Assembly: GCF_001194135.2 (NCBI RefSeq)
Contig: NC_068986.1
Coordinates: 13,499,334-13,562,650 of the forward strand
Source: Octopus bimaculoides
Taxonomy: Eukaryota
Length of the DNA stretch: 63,317 bases
Direction: 5' to 3'
This document shows, piece after piece, positions 37,189 through 48,994 of the stretch. A program made the position numbers and the translations under genes. Positions within the stretch are counted from its first letter, which is position 1; each line of letters begins with the position of its first letter. Below the pieces are notes generated by a model. The model was not told where the DNA came from. It saw only the letters and a program-made list of their open reading frames with translations, and did not search any database.

Positions 37189-37828
37189 GGATCTATTTCA
37201 AAACGGAGGCACCAGTATTTTCTTAACGAAACACTAACGAAACACTTTGAAACTTGGGACACTGGTAGAATGTGTCATATAAAACATCTTTTACTCTTAG
37301 TCTTCTTAACAAAAAAAAAAAGGAATTCGCAAGTTATTCCATGTTAAAGTTGTCGTATTTCTGTAATTTCAACCAATCACTGACGTCTATTCAGCTGAAT
37401 AGAGTTACTGCTGGGCGGTCATAAAAATGTTATTCCCTGTGACATATTTCATCCGGTTTAATCGTAATTTATACGCATATGTTGTTTATATAATAAATTA
37501 CGCTGTGCTTATCTATGTGTGTAACAATTTTAGAGTTCGGATTCTAGAGTTTAGGGTTAGGGTTAGGGTTAACAGTCTAGTTAGGGTTAGGGGATTAATA
37601 CGATATACACCGTTACAGCGCTAACTGTTTTCAACTGAATAGACGTCAGTGATTAGTAGAAATTATCGAAATAAGACAATTTTTTACATGAAATAAATTC
37701 GAATACAAAATTTTTTTCTGTTTTATAACACAAAATAGATAAGTATACGAAGTTTGAAAGTCTTTCGGTACCAAAAACACTACATAAAACATAAATGAAA
37801 ACTGGTGCCCCCGTTTTGAAATAGATCC
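37189..37828. mobile_element. Merlin-like MITE, family M1, copy 2
   Basis: TIR GGATCTATTTCAAAACGG(A/G)GGCACCAG with an exact 8-bp TSD CAATATCT (37181-37188, 37829-37836). Internal (TTAGGG)n. Confidence 0.85.
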
Positions 37829-38879
37829 CAATATCTAGTAATGTTGACTAGAGTTATTTTGGTTACACCCCTGGACTCTTTTGTAACACCAATTCACATT
37901 TGCCCAATCAATCATTTTTTACATAAGTTTTTTTGACAGGCGTTGACAGACAAAAAGACAAGATTAATTTTCGCGTTTAAAGACTTCGTTTTTGAACGTT
38001 TTGGTGGGCTTATCAAAACCCTGTAATTTAACACCCCACCGTAACTTTACTTATAGCAGCCGGTTGCTATGTGTCGTGGCTACGTATCTTTCGATTCACG
38101 TTTAATAAGATATTTTTCGTCCTTCAATTTTCCCTCTAAGAGATTAATTCTGATGTAACCGAACAATGTTTTTAATTTATATGACACTGCTCACCTCTCC
38201 TCCGTTGACAATTTCATTATTTCGTGATTAGCACACACAACAATGGATATAACAAATTATACGTAATGTATATTTAAAACGTTTAGTGTTATTAATAAAC
38301 ATTATTAAAAGTAGTTTTTTCTCTCATTAATTATTCAACATGTTTAAATAACACGGCTACAATATGTTTAATGAAATAAACAGGTGCTTCTCAGAGTGGG
38401 CGGTACCACCCCCTGGGGTCGGTGGAAAATTCATATGGTTACTGGTGGTGGTGATGGTGGTAGAGGGGTGTTGCCCAAAAGTTTCGAAAAAAAAGACTAT
38501 ATAAGGTGGGGATCGCAATTTGTAACAAATGGATTTTTATGTATTCTAACTTTGTTGTAGCAGACCACATGCATATGAAACAGCTGCCCGAAAATCCTTG
38601 GCCCTGATTTTTTTGGTGTCGGCTCGACTAGAAAGGGTGTTGCCTGGGCAACTAGAGCAATACCCTTGCATCCGCCACTGCCTGGAGGAAGTGGGAGTGG
38701 CTTGTTATACATGATGGGCTTCCACGCAGTTTCTGTCAACCAGATCCACTTACAAGGCATTGGTTAACCGGGGTCTGTGGTAGAATACACTTGCCTAAGT
38801 GCTGCGCGGCGGGACTGAAACCGATAGTAAACGTATATAGTATGAGGTGCGCTCGTCAGAGGTGTTTTCTACTTGGTCC

Positions 38880-39048
38880 ACTGGCATAGCTAGAGTGTGT
38901 GGCGCCCGGGGCAGCCTTCCGTTTCCAGCCTTCGTACCCCACAAAAAACACATATTGCCTACAGCAGACCCAAAAGTGGTGCCCCTTTAAAAGTGCCGCC
39001 TGGGGCGGACCGCCCCTAACGTCCGTCTCCCCACCCCCAGCTACGCCA
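38880..39048. mobile_element. hAT-like small MITE
   Basis: Short TIRs TGGCATAGCT / AGCTACGCCA around a GC-rich interior. Confidence 0.45.
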
Positions 39049-39259
39049 TATTATTACGAATTGCTGGCTGTATGTTCATGGTACTTTTCATACAGTCCGG
39101 CATTACGGTGGTGGGAAATCCAGAATTTTTTGTGTGTTGTTTCTTAAAAATTCTATATAGAAGTGGGAATCGCAATTCGAACAAATGGACCCATTTTTAT
39201 GTATTCTTTGTTGTAGCAGACCATATGCATTTGAAAGGGTAATGCTGTGAAAGTGTTCT

Positions 39260-39635
39260 GTTTCTTCTATTCTCCTATTCCTTTCAGTTATTTGACTGCG
39301 GCCATGCTGGAGCACCGCCTTTAGTCGAGTAAATCGACCCCAGGACTTATTCTTTGTAAGCCTAGTACTTATTCTATCGGTCTCTTTTGCCGAACCGCTA
39401 CAATATATGGGGACGTAAAAACACCAGCATCGGCTGTCAAGCGATGTTGGGGGACAAACGCAGACACACAAACATATATATACGACGGGCTTCTTTCAGT
39501 TTCCGACAACCAAATCTGCTCACAGAGCTTTGGTCGGTCCGAGGCTATAGCAGAAGACATTTGCCCAAGGTGTCACGCAGTGGGACTGAACCCGGAACCA
39601 TGTGGTTGGTAAGCAAGCTACTTACTCCTGCGCCT
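39260..39635 (-). mobile_element. Young CORE-type SINE, full length
   Basis: CpGs retained. A similar young copy lies at 59915-60790 (-), spanning a gap. Confidence 0.85.
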
Positions 39636-39689
39636 TTGGATATAAAATAACAATGTTATTATATTTGCAACAGTACAGTGAGTATTCTT

Positions 39690-40220
39690 TTCTTCTCTAG
39701 GCACAAGGCCCGAAATTTTTTTTGGGTGGTGGGGGGGCAGGCGATTAGATCGACTTCAGTACACAACTGGTACTTAATTTATCGACCACGAAAAGATGAA
39801 AGGCAAAGTCGACCTTGGCGGAATTTNNNNNNNNNNNNNNNNNNNNNNNNNNNNNNNNNNNNNNNNNNNNNNNNNNNNNNNNNNNNNNNNNNNNNNNNNN
39901 NNNNNNNNNNNNNNNNNNNNNNNNNNNNNNNNNNNNNNNNNNNNNNNNNNNNNNNNNNNNNNNNNNNNNNNNNNNNNNNNNNNNNNNNNNNNNNNNNNNN
40001 NNNNNNNNNNNNNNNNNNNNNNNNNNNNNGGGTGAGGGTGGGGATGGGGGTCAGTTAATTACATCGACTCCAGTACGCAACTGGTGCTTAATTTTTCGAC
40101 CCCGAAAGGATGAGAGGCAAAGGTCGACCTCGGCGGAATTTGAACTCAGAACATCACAGCAGACAAAATACCGCTAAGCATTTTGCCCGGCGTGCTAACG
40201 TTTCTGCCAGCTCACCGCCT
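39690..40220 (-). mobile_element. Two MetaSINE-type SINEs flanking a gap
   Basis: GAAAGGCAAAGTCGACCTTGGCGGAATT and GAACTCAGAAC...CCGCTAAGCATTTTGCCCGGCGTGCTAACG. Confidence 0.8.
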
Positions 40221-40791
40221 TGGTACAGTGATTATTGAGTTACTTATGGGAAATAGTGACCAACTACACTTGTGTATCACAACTTAATAACACGGTCACT
40301 TCATAATTCAAGTTAATGAGAACAACGAAACCGTCATTAAAGTTCAAGCTTGTATTTTCGAAATTTAATCTTTCTTAAGCTGTGGTCCCGATTTTTTTTT
40401 TTTGTGGGGTCAGCTCGGCTAGAAAAGGGGGCAACATCCTTGCATCTGCCATTGCATCGTATTTGAGCTGCTTGCAATCCATTAACTCTCGTAGCAGAGA
40501 GGTGTATGCTCAGTGATAGAGAACAAGGGAAGTACGTGTATCCAAGTGAGTCAACCGCCTGGTTAACCCCGCCCCCACACAAGTGCGTAATTTACTTCCC
40601 AACCACATGGTTCCGGGTTCAGTCCCATTGCATGACACATTCGCCGGATGTCTTCAACAAAAGTCTTGCGAGTGAATTTGGTAGACACAAATCGAAAGAA
40701 GCCAGTCGTATGCGGTGTGTTCACGTCCCCGGAAATTAGCAGTTCGACAAAAGATATCGAAAGAGTATGTACCATGCTTTACAAAAAAGAA

Positions 40792-40834
<43 letters not shown>

Positions 40835-43620
40835 GGTACTGGGATCGCCGATTTGTTCGACTAAAATTCTTCAAGTCGGTGACCGAGTATGGTCGCAGTC
40901 AGAATGTGGCCACGCCGAGGCACCGCCTTGAAGAATTCTTGATTGATTGTATCGACCCCAGCACTNNNNNNNNNNNNNNNNNNNNNNNNNNNNNNNNNNN
41001 NNNNNNNNNNNNNNNNNNNNNNNNNNNNNNNNNNNNNNNNNNNNNNNNNNNNNNNNNNNNNNNNNNNNNNNNNNNNNNNNNNNNNNNNNNNNNNNNNNNN
41101 NNNNNNNNNNNNNNNNNNNNNNNNNNNNNNNNNNNNNNNNNNNNNNNNNNNNNNNNNNNNNNNNNNNNNNNNNNNNNNNNNNNNNNNNNNNNNNNNNNNN
41201 NNNNNNNNNNNNNNNNNNNNNNNNNNNNNNNNNNNNNNNNNNNNNNNNNNNNNNNNNNNNNNNNNNNNNNNNNNNNNNNNNNNNNNNNNNNNNNNNNNNN
41301 NNNNNNNNNNNNNNNNNNNNNNNNNNNNNNNNNNNNNNNNNNNNNNNNNNNNNNNNNNNNNNNNNNNNNNNNNNNNNNNNNNNNNNNNNNNNNNNNNNNN
41401 NNNNNNNNNNNNNNNNNNNNNNNNNNNNNNNNNNNNNNNNNNNNNNNNNNNNNNNNNNNNNNNNNNNNNNNNNNNNNNNNNNNNNNNNNNNNNNNNNNNN
41501 NNNNNNNNNNNNNNNNNNNNNNNNNNNNNNNNNNNNNNNNNNNNNNNNNNNNNNNNNNNNNNNNNNNNNNNNNNNNNNNNNNNNNNNNNNNNNNNNNNNN
41601 NNNNNNNNNNNNNNNNNNNNNNNNNNNNNNNNNNNNNNNNNNNNNNNNNNNNNNNNNNNNNNNNNNNNNNNNNNNNNNNNNNNNNNNNNNNNNNNNNNNN
41701 NNNNNNNNNNNNNNNNNNNNNNNNNNNNNNNNNNNNNNNNNNNNNNNNNNNNNNNNNNNNNNNNNNNNNNNNNNNNNNNNNNNNNNNNNNNNNNNNNNNN
41801 NNNNNNNNNNNNNNNNNNNNNNNNNNNNNNNNNNNNNNNNNNNNNTGTGTGTAAAATCAATTGGAAAACTAATAGTAATGATATTTCATTTGTCCCAACC
41901 TAATTCAATAACGCCCGGTCAATTAAAGAGAGAAAAAAAAAATCATACAAAGAATATTTGAAATAGAAAAGAAAAAAAAAGGCTTTACATATGTAATTTA
42001 TTAGATTAATAAAATATATAAATCAACATTCGCAGAACCCCCCCATACACACACATACATACATATATATATATATACATACATATATATATATATATAT
42101 AAATGTATTGCACTCACTCTCACAATATTTTATTCGCATTTTCATTTAATTTACCAGCCTCTGTTGTTAATTGCTTCATCTAATTAAGTGATCTCAATAA
42201 TAACACAGCGTGTTGTAATAATTTCTCCTCCTGATAAAGTTAAACCTCTCAAAGTTTTGGCATATTTTAACTATGTATGTATTACATACTGCTTAATTCA
42301 CACCTATTTTCACCATCGTCCGTCCCTATGCGACTCAATTACTTTAGTGCTGTCATAGCGATAACTGTTCCAGTTTTGTTCATATGTAGCTTTAGAATTT
42401 TCTTTTATCTATGAAGGAAACTACTTAAAAAATTGCCATGAAAATGCTACCAACTGGTTTTTGACGAATCTTTATCGACGGACATACCAGGGACGAACTT
42501 TGGAATTCATTGGTTTCTCTCCCAGTTAATTTTTATTATTATTATTACCAAATTGCTCTATCGAACACGGTAGTTGTCTTCTTTTCAAATCTGCTACGAC
42601 GTCCCCTATTATGATTGATCAATTCCAACTTTGTCTACCATCTAATAATGCATTATAAGTTTCGCTGCTGCTTTGTACAATCTTCGTATCACCCTTCAAA
42701 TTATTTATAATGGTGAATGGCGTTTTGGTACAGAATGGATTCTACCTAATATAATGTATGTATACATTAATTCTCTTTACCTTTTACACTTGGAATTTCT
42801 TCATCTTGATATTCGTCTCTTTTTAGAAATCGAAAGTTCAATTATTGGAATTCAAGACAATAACTCTTATGACTGTTTAACCCTAGGTTCGCCTTGATGA
42901 AGATAATCTGTGATCAAAATCTTCACAGCTATGTCCACTCTGTCTTTTGTTGAAACTTGGGGTTATCTAAGAATACCTACCGTGTATAATTTTCCAGAAT
43001 GGTCATTCGAATGTTTTAAGGTATTACTGTGTATGATTTGATGAAGGTTTGGTTGCTATATCTAGCAGTTTCAAGCGACCACGAAGGGCCCCTACTCGTT
43101 TCTCTGCACCAGGTCAACCCTGATTAAGCAAAACAAAGCCAAAGGCGCTCTGTTTTGACTATTATTTTATCTGACTCGTCATTACTCTCTTTATTTTTGA
43201 TACATATATATTTTAAAACAGCAGGATGTGTTAAGAGAGCTGTTATTCTATCAGTTTGAACGACTACATAGAGGTTCCTTCGCTGGCTAAAAACCAATAA
43301 TAAATATAACCACACGCTTAACATTTAAAATGGAATATCGTATTACATTTGACATGCTTACAGATTATTTAAATAAACAGCTCGTGTTTTGATTTATTTC
43401 TTCTTTGCTTTCTTTTCTCAAAACAAACTTTAATGAATCAAAAATTACAGGTGTAAGTGTGTATTAGGGTATAAGATCTAGTTTTTTAAGTCGATGTCAG
43501 CATTTTCCATAGAGGGATGTGTTTATAGACGATTTATATATAAACAGTAAAATAAAAATTAAAATCTGATTGTGATTAGGTTCACATTTGTTCATGTGTA
43601 TGCACGGACGCATACACAGA

Positions 43621-43695
<75 letters not shown>

Positions 43696-43696
<1 letters not shown>

Positions 43697-43885
43697 TTAG
43701 CACGCCGGGCGAAATGCTTAGCGGTATTTCGTCTGTCTTTATGTTTCTGAGTTCAAATTCCGCCGAGGTCGACTTTGCCTTTCATCCTTTCGGGGTCAAT
43801 AAATTAAGTACCAGTTGCGCACTGTGATCGATCTAATCGACTGGCCCCCCTCCCCACAAATTTCGGGCCTTGTGTCTAGAGTACA
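43696..43885 (+). mobile_element. MetaSINE-type SINE; further copies at 49885-50115, 53890-54000 (-), 56715-56950, 58095-58530 (-, two copies) and 59645-59830
   Basis: Family A consensus. Confidence 0.85.
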
Positions 43886-44029
43886 AAAAAATGTGCGAGT
43901 TTGCTAGCGTGTGCACAGGGCCTGTGAGAGGGGTTTTAGCCTGTACATCAGACTGTTGCCAGTATATCTAATGAGGGGATTGGAGATCTAAGAAATTGGG
44001 GGCATGAATTTCTAACGAGCGAGATAGGA

Positions 44030-44300
44030 AGCAGAGGTCTCCACCCTCCCTAGGTGGGGGTCCCGAAAGCAACCACGTCTCGCCTTGCGATGCTTCTCTT
44101 GGAGGGCCTCAGTGTATGTGTGTGTATATATATATATATTCGTATGTATGTATGTATGTATGTATCTAGGAGAGAGTTTCATTTAAATGATTGCGTAGAC
44201 GTGTCTGTGCTTGTAATATATATTAGAGTATGTGCCGCTCGAGGCAACCTGTGAGTTCATCGCTCCGCCGTCTCCGCCTGGGCGCCCGAACCTATACAGG
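44030..44300 (+). promoter_or_regulatory. GC/CpG-rich island, possible promoter or first exon
   Basis: Non-repeat-looking GC-rich patches, with donor-like CCT|GTGAGT (44250) and CAG|GTATAT (44299). Confidence 0.3.
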
Positions 44301-44402
44301 TATATATATATGTATAGCGCACGTATGTGTGTGCATGTATGTATATACATATATATAATGTGTGTGTGATTCTGTGAATCCACGAGTGTACGCAAGTGTT
44401 AC

Positions 44403-44446
<44 letters not shown>

Positions 44447-44755
44447 GTATGTACGGGAATGGTTTCGTACGTGTGTGTGTGTGTGTGTGTGTGTGTATAC
44501 ACATGTAGGCAAGTATATATCTGTACGTATGCGTGTGGTTACTAATAGCGTATTGTAGGGAGCATTAAAAAGCTAACCAGATATTATTATACAGCGTGGA
44601 AAAGAATATCAATCAATAAGCAATATTAATTATATTGATTCAACTCACGAGATACTTGCGTGAGTGTATGTGTGTGTGTGTGGTCTTTAAGGTACTTAAG
44701 CAGATCAGGAAGTAACAAGTTTAAACACCCTCAGCATTAACTATGCACTCCACAG

Positions 44756-44836
44756 GTTCAAGCTAAACTTAATTTGGACTCTATCGAACTTAGTTCAATT
44801 GGTGTGATGAAAAGGAGATTCGATTTTCTATTTCAC
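44756..44836 (+). other. Candidate 81-nt exon
   Basis: CTCCACAG| ... |GTAAGT boundaries. Frame 0 is open (VQAKLNLDSIELSSIGVMKRRFDFLFH). Confidence 0.3.
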
Positions 44837-45917
44837 GTAAGTGCTTTGTCGTTTTAAGGTAGGTTCGCAGGTCATTTGTCCGGTGTTCCCACGGATGTAG
44901 TGAGCCCAAACTAATCTACGTATACTCTGATTTGCTGTCAATGTATGATTTAGTTCGGGCTGGTGTCCCTTCGTTTTATGAACCGAAAACGAAAGTGAGA
45001 ATATCAATAGACTTTGGCACTGCCCAGATGGACGCATCAAATAGACAGACACTTATTTTTTCTTTTAAAAATGTTTTTTTCCCCCCTGAATTCTTACGTT
45101 TATAATGAAAGATATTTACAGATTTACTAATAAAACAGTTTTTTAAATTTTTAATTCTCTTCCCACCCCTATTTTTTAATACCAATTACGATAATTTTCC
45201 ATTTTCATTTTGTGGTATGACTGATANNNNNNNNNNNNNNNNNNNNNNNNNNNNNNNNNNNNNNNNNNNNNNNNNNNNNNNNNNNNNNNNNNNNNNNNNN
45301 NNNNNNNNNNNNNNNNNNNNNNNNNNNNNNNNNNNNNNNNNNNNNNNNNNNNNNNNNNNNNNNNNNNNNNNNNNNNNNNNNNNNNNNNNNNNNNNNNNNN
45401 NNNNNNNNNNNNNNNNNNNNNNNNNNNNNNNNNNNNNNNNNNNNNNNNNNNNNNNNNNNNNNNNNNNNNNNNNNNNNNNNNNNNNNNNNNNNNNNNNNNN
45501 NNNNNNNNNNNNNNNNNNNNNNNNNNNNNNNNNNNNNNNNNNNNNNNNNNNNNNNNNNNNNNNNNNNNNNNNNNNNNNNNNNNNNNNNNNNNNNNNNNNN
45601 NNNNNNNNNNNNNNNNNNNNNNNNNNNNNNNNNNNNNNNNNNNNNNNNNNNNNNNNNNNNNNNNNNNNNNNNNNNNNNNNNNNNNNNNNNNNNNNNNNNN
45701 NNNNNNNNNNNNNNNNNNNNNNNNNNNNNNNNNNNNNNNNNNNNNNNNNNNNNNNNNNNNNNNNNNNNNNNNNNNNNNNNNNNNNNNNNNNNNNNNNNNN
45801 NNNNNNNNNNNNNNNNNNNNNNNNNNNNNNNNNNNNNNNNNNNNNNNNNNNNNNNNNNNNNNNNNNNNNNNNNNNNNNNNNNNNNNNNNNNNNNNNNNNN
45901 NNNNNNNNNNNTATATA

Positions 45918-46206
45918 TAAAGAATAAAAAGTTTTGAATGGTACGACAATGCATTATAATACAAAAAATGGACTATATACCTGTTGTAATTTAGTTATCC
46001 ATAGTCCGATGATATTTCGGAATACAATTTCTTCTTCAGATATTCTTAGATGGAGTCGCTGCTATTATCTGTTTTCCAATGGCTTTTCTTTTTTCAGAAG
46101 CTTCCAAAATATCATCGGACAATAGATAGCTAAATTACAACAGGTATATGGTCCATTTTTTGTATAATGGTGCATTGTTGTACCATTCAAAACTTTTTAT
46201 TCTTTA
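45918..46206. mobile_element. Fold-back MITE with about 100-bp TIRs; partial relative at 29620-29720
   Basis: TAAAGAATAAAAAGTTTTGAATGGTAC...CCGATGATATTT is mirrored at the right end. Confidence 0.8.
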
Positions 46207-46997
46207 CAAACGATACACAATGCTTCAAGCGAACTACAATACTCTCATATATATATACACACACACATAGGTACTGTAAGTTATAGAGGTAATACAACGG
46301 GCTTCTTTCAGTTTCTGTCTACCGAATCCACTCACAAGGCTTTGGTTGGCCCGAGGCTATAGTAAAAGACACTTGCCCAAGGTGCCATGCAGTGGGACTG
46401 AACCCGGAACCATGTGGTTGGTAAGCAAGCTATATATATATATATGTATGTTTTTGTGTATGTCCCCTACCATTGCTAAATTACCAGTACTAGTTTGTTT
46501 ATGTCCCTTGCAACTTAGCGGTTTGGTAAAAGAGATCAATAGAATAAGTTACCAACCAAATTTTAANNNNNNNNNNNNNNNNNNNNNNNNNNNNNNNNNN
46601 NNNNNNNNNNNNNNNNNNNNNNNNNNNNNNNNNNNNNNNNNNNNNNNNNNNNNNNNNNNNNNNNNNNNNNNNNNNNNNNNNNNNNNNNNNNNNNNNNNNN
46701 NNNNNNNNNNNNNNNNNNNNNNNNNNNNNNNNNNNNNNNNNNNNNNNNNNNNNNNNNNNNNNNNNNNNNNNNNNNNNNNNNNNNNNNNNNNNNNNNNNNN
46801 NNNNNNNNNNNNNNNNNNNNNNNNNNNNNNNNNNNNNNNNNNNNNNNNNNNNNNNNNNNNNNNNNNNNNNNNNNNNNNNNNNNNNNNNNNNNNNNNNNNN
46901 NNNNNNNNNNNNNNNNNNNNNNNNNNNNNNNNNNNNNNNNNNNNNNNNNNNNNNNNNNNNNNNNNNNNNNNNNNNNNNNNNNNNNNNNNNNNNNNAG

Positions 46998-47310
46998 GCA
47001 TGGGTTGGATGGTTTGACCAGGGCTGGTAAGCTGGAAGGCTGCACCAGACTCCAGTCTGATTTGGCATGGTTTTCTACAGCTGGATGTCCTTCCTAACAC
47101 CAACCACTCTGAAAGTGTAATGGGTGCTTCTACGTACCACTGGCACAAGTGCCATTTGCGTGACACCAGTATCTGCCATCACTGTGATTTTGCTTGGCTT
47201 GATGGGTCTTCTTCTCAAGCATGACATAATACCAAAGGTCTTGGTTATTGCCTGCGTCAGGCCCAACATTCGAAATGAACTCAGTCACTTTGCCTCCGTG
47301 AAGCCCAACT
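46998..47310 (-). mobile_element. RTE LINE 3' fragment
   Basis: Shared terminus, plus an ORF-end homolog at 47200-47300. Confidence 0.75.
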
Positions 47311-47494
47311 TTCAAATTGTTTCACTTATAGAGTTGTGGTCATGATGGGGCACTTCTTTGAAGTACTTATTTTTTAAAGCCTGGTGCTTTTTCTGTTAGT
47401 TTATTTGGCTGAACTGCTATGTTACAGGGGACATAAACAGACCTAAGCCACTTGTCAAACAGTGGCAGAAAACAAACACACACACACATGTATA

Positions 47495-48381
47495 TATCAT
47501 CATCATCATCATCACCATCATCATCATCGTTTTACTTCTGTTTTCCATGCTGGCATGGGTTGGATGGCTTGACTTGTGTCCGGGAAGCCATGAGACTGCA
47601 CCAGGCTCCAATCTGATCTGGCAGTATTTCTACAGCTGGATGCCCTTCCTAACACCAACCACTCCGAGAGTGTAGTGGGTGCTTTTTACATGCCACTGGC
47701 ACAGGGGCCAGAGGAGCTGCCATCGACTATGATTGGATGGTGCTTTTTATGTGCCACCAGCACAGAAGCCAGTCAAAGCAGCACTGGCATCGGCCACGTT
47801 CAGATGGTGCTTTTTACGTGCCACCGGCACGGGGGTCAGAACTACAATTTCCATTTGATTTGATTTTGATATGGCTGTTGATATTGATGTACTTGACTTA
47901 ATAGGTCTCCTCAAGCATGGCATGTCTCCCTACGATCCAAGGTACTTTTGAGTGGACTGGCTATGCGACACTGGTGTAGGTTACAGCTGTGAACTCACTT
48001 TATTTGCCCGGTCTTTTCACTCACAGCATATCTCCAGAGGTTTCGGTCTTTTGTCATTGCCTCTGTGAGGCTCAATGTTTGAAGATCATGCTTTACCACC
48101 TCATCCCATGTTTTCCTGGGTCTCCCTCTACCCCGGATTCCTTCAACTGTTTGGGAGTGGCACTTCTTCACACAACTCTCCTCATCCGTCCGCAGTACAT
48201 GACCATACCAATGCAAACGTTTCTCTTGCACACCACATTCGATGCTTCTTATATCTAACATTTCTCTCAGGGTGCTTTCACTCCGTAGTGTATGCACCCT
48301 GACATTACACATCCAGTAGTTCATGCTAGCTTCATTTCTATCGAGCCTACGCATGTCTTCAGCAGTCACCGAAAAAGCCAC
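47495..48381 (-). mobile_element. RTE LINE 3' fragment: open ORF C-terminus, UTR repeats and (GAT)n tail
   Basis: RRLDRNEASM...KRLHWYGHVLRTDEESCVKKC...RGRGRPRKTWDEVVKHDL...DRNLWRYAV. Confidence 0.9.
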
Positions 48382-48384
48382 CTA

Positions 48385-48657
48385 AAATGCACCGGTGCTG
48401 GTGCCACATAAAAAGCATTGGTGCTGGTGCCACATAAATGGCACTGATGCTGGTGCCATGTAAAAAGCACTGGTGCAGGTGCCACATAAAAAGCACCCAG
48501 TTCACTCTGTTAAAGAGGTTGGCATTATGAAGGGCATCCAGCTGTAGAAACTATGCAAAAGCACAATGGAACCTGGGGTGGCTCCTAGCCTTGCCAGCAC
48601 CTGTCAAACCGTCCAACCCATGCCAGCATGGAAAACAGCCGTTTTTGATGATGATAA
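48385..48657 (+). mobile_element. RTE-related 3' end with short units
   Basis: GGTGCTGGTGCCACATAAAAAGCA repeats, shared terminus and (GAT)n. Confidence 0.7.
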
Positions 48658-48958
48658 TATGCATCCAGCTACACACACCAACACAGATATACATATTTAC
48701 AAACACTCAATGATATACACACACACACACACACACTGAGATATAACATACAAATATATATATATATACACACACACATACATGCACAAACTACATCAAG
48801 CACATACCAGGCTGGCCATTGTAAATGTATCAATAATGATTGCATGAATGAAATTCTCATTGAAGATTAAGTTTTTGTTGGTTGGGGGAAGAGGAAGGAA
48901 GATTGCTAAATGATGGTAGGGGGAGTGTGTGTATATACATATGTATGTGTAGGTAGTA

Positions 48959-48994
<36 letters not shown>

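Noticed and set aside
35095-37592. Interstitial telomere or chromosome-fusion scar
   Set aside because: The tracts are only 3-5 hexamers long and lie inside TIR- and TSD-bounded elements. They are kept as a MITE finding instead.
44030-44075. HDV-like ribozyme
   Set aside because: A hairpin with a TCC-containing loop is present, but I could not build the nested double pseudoknot on either strand.
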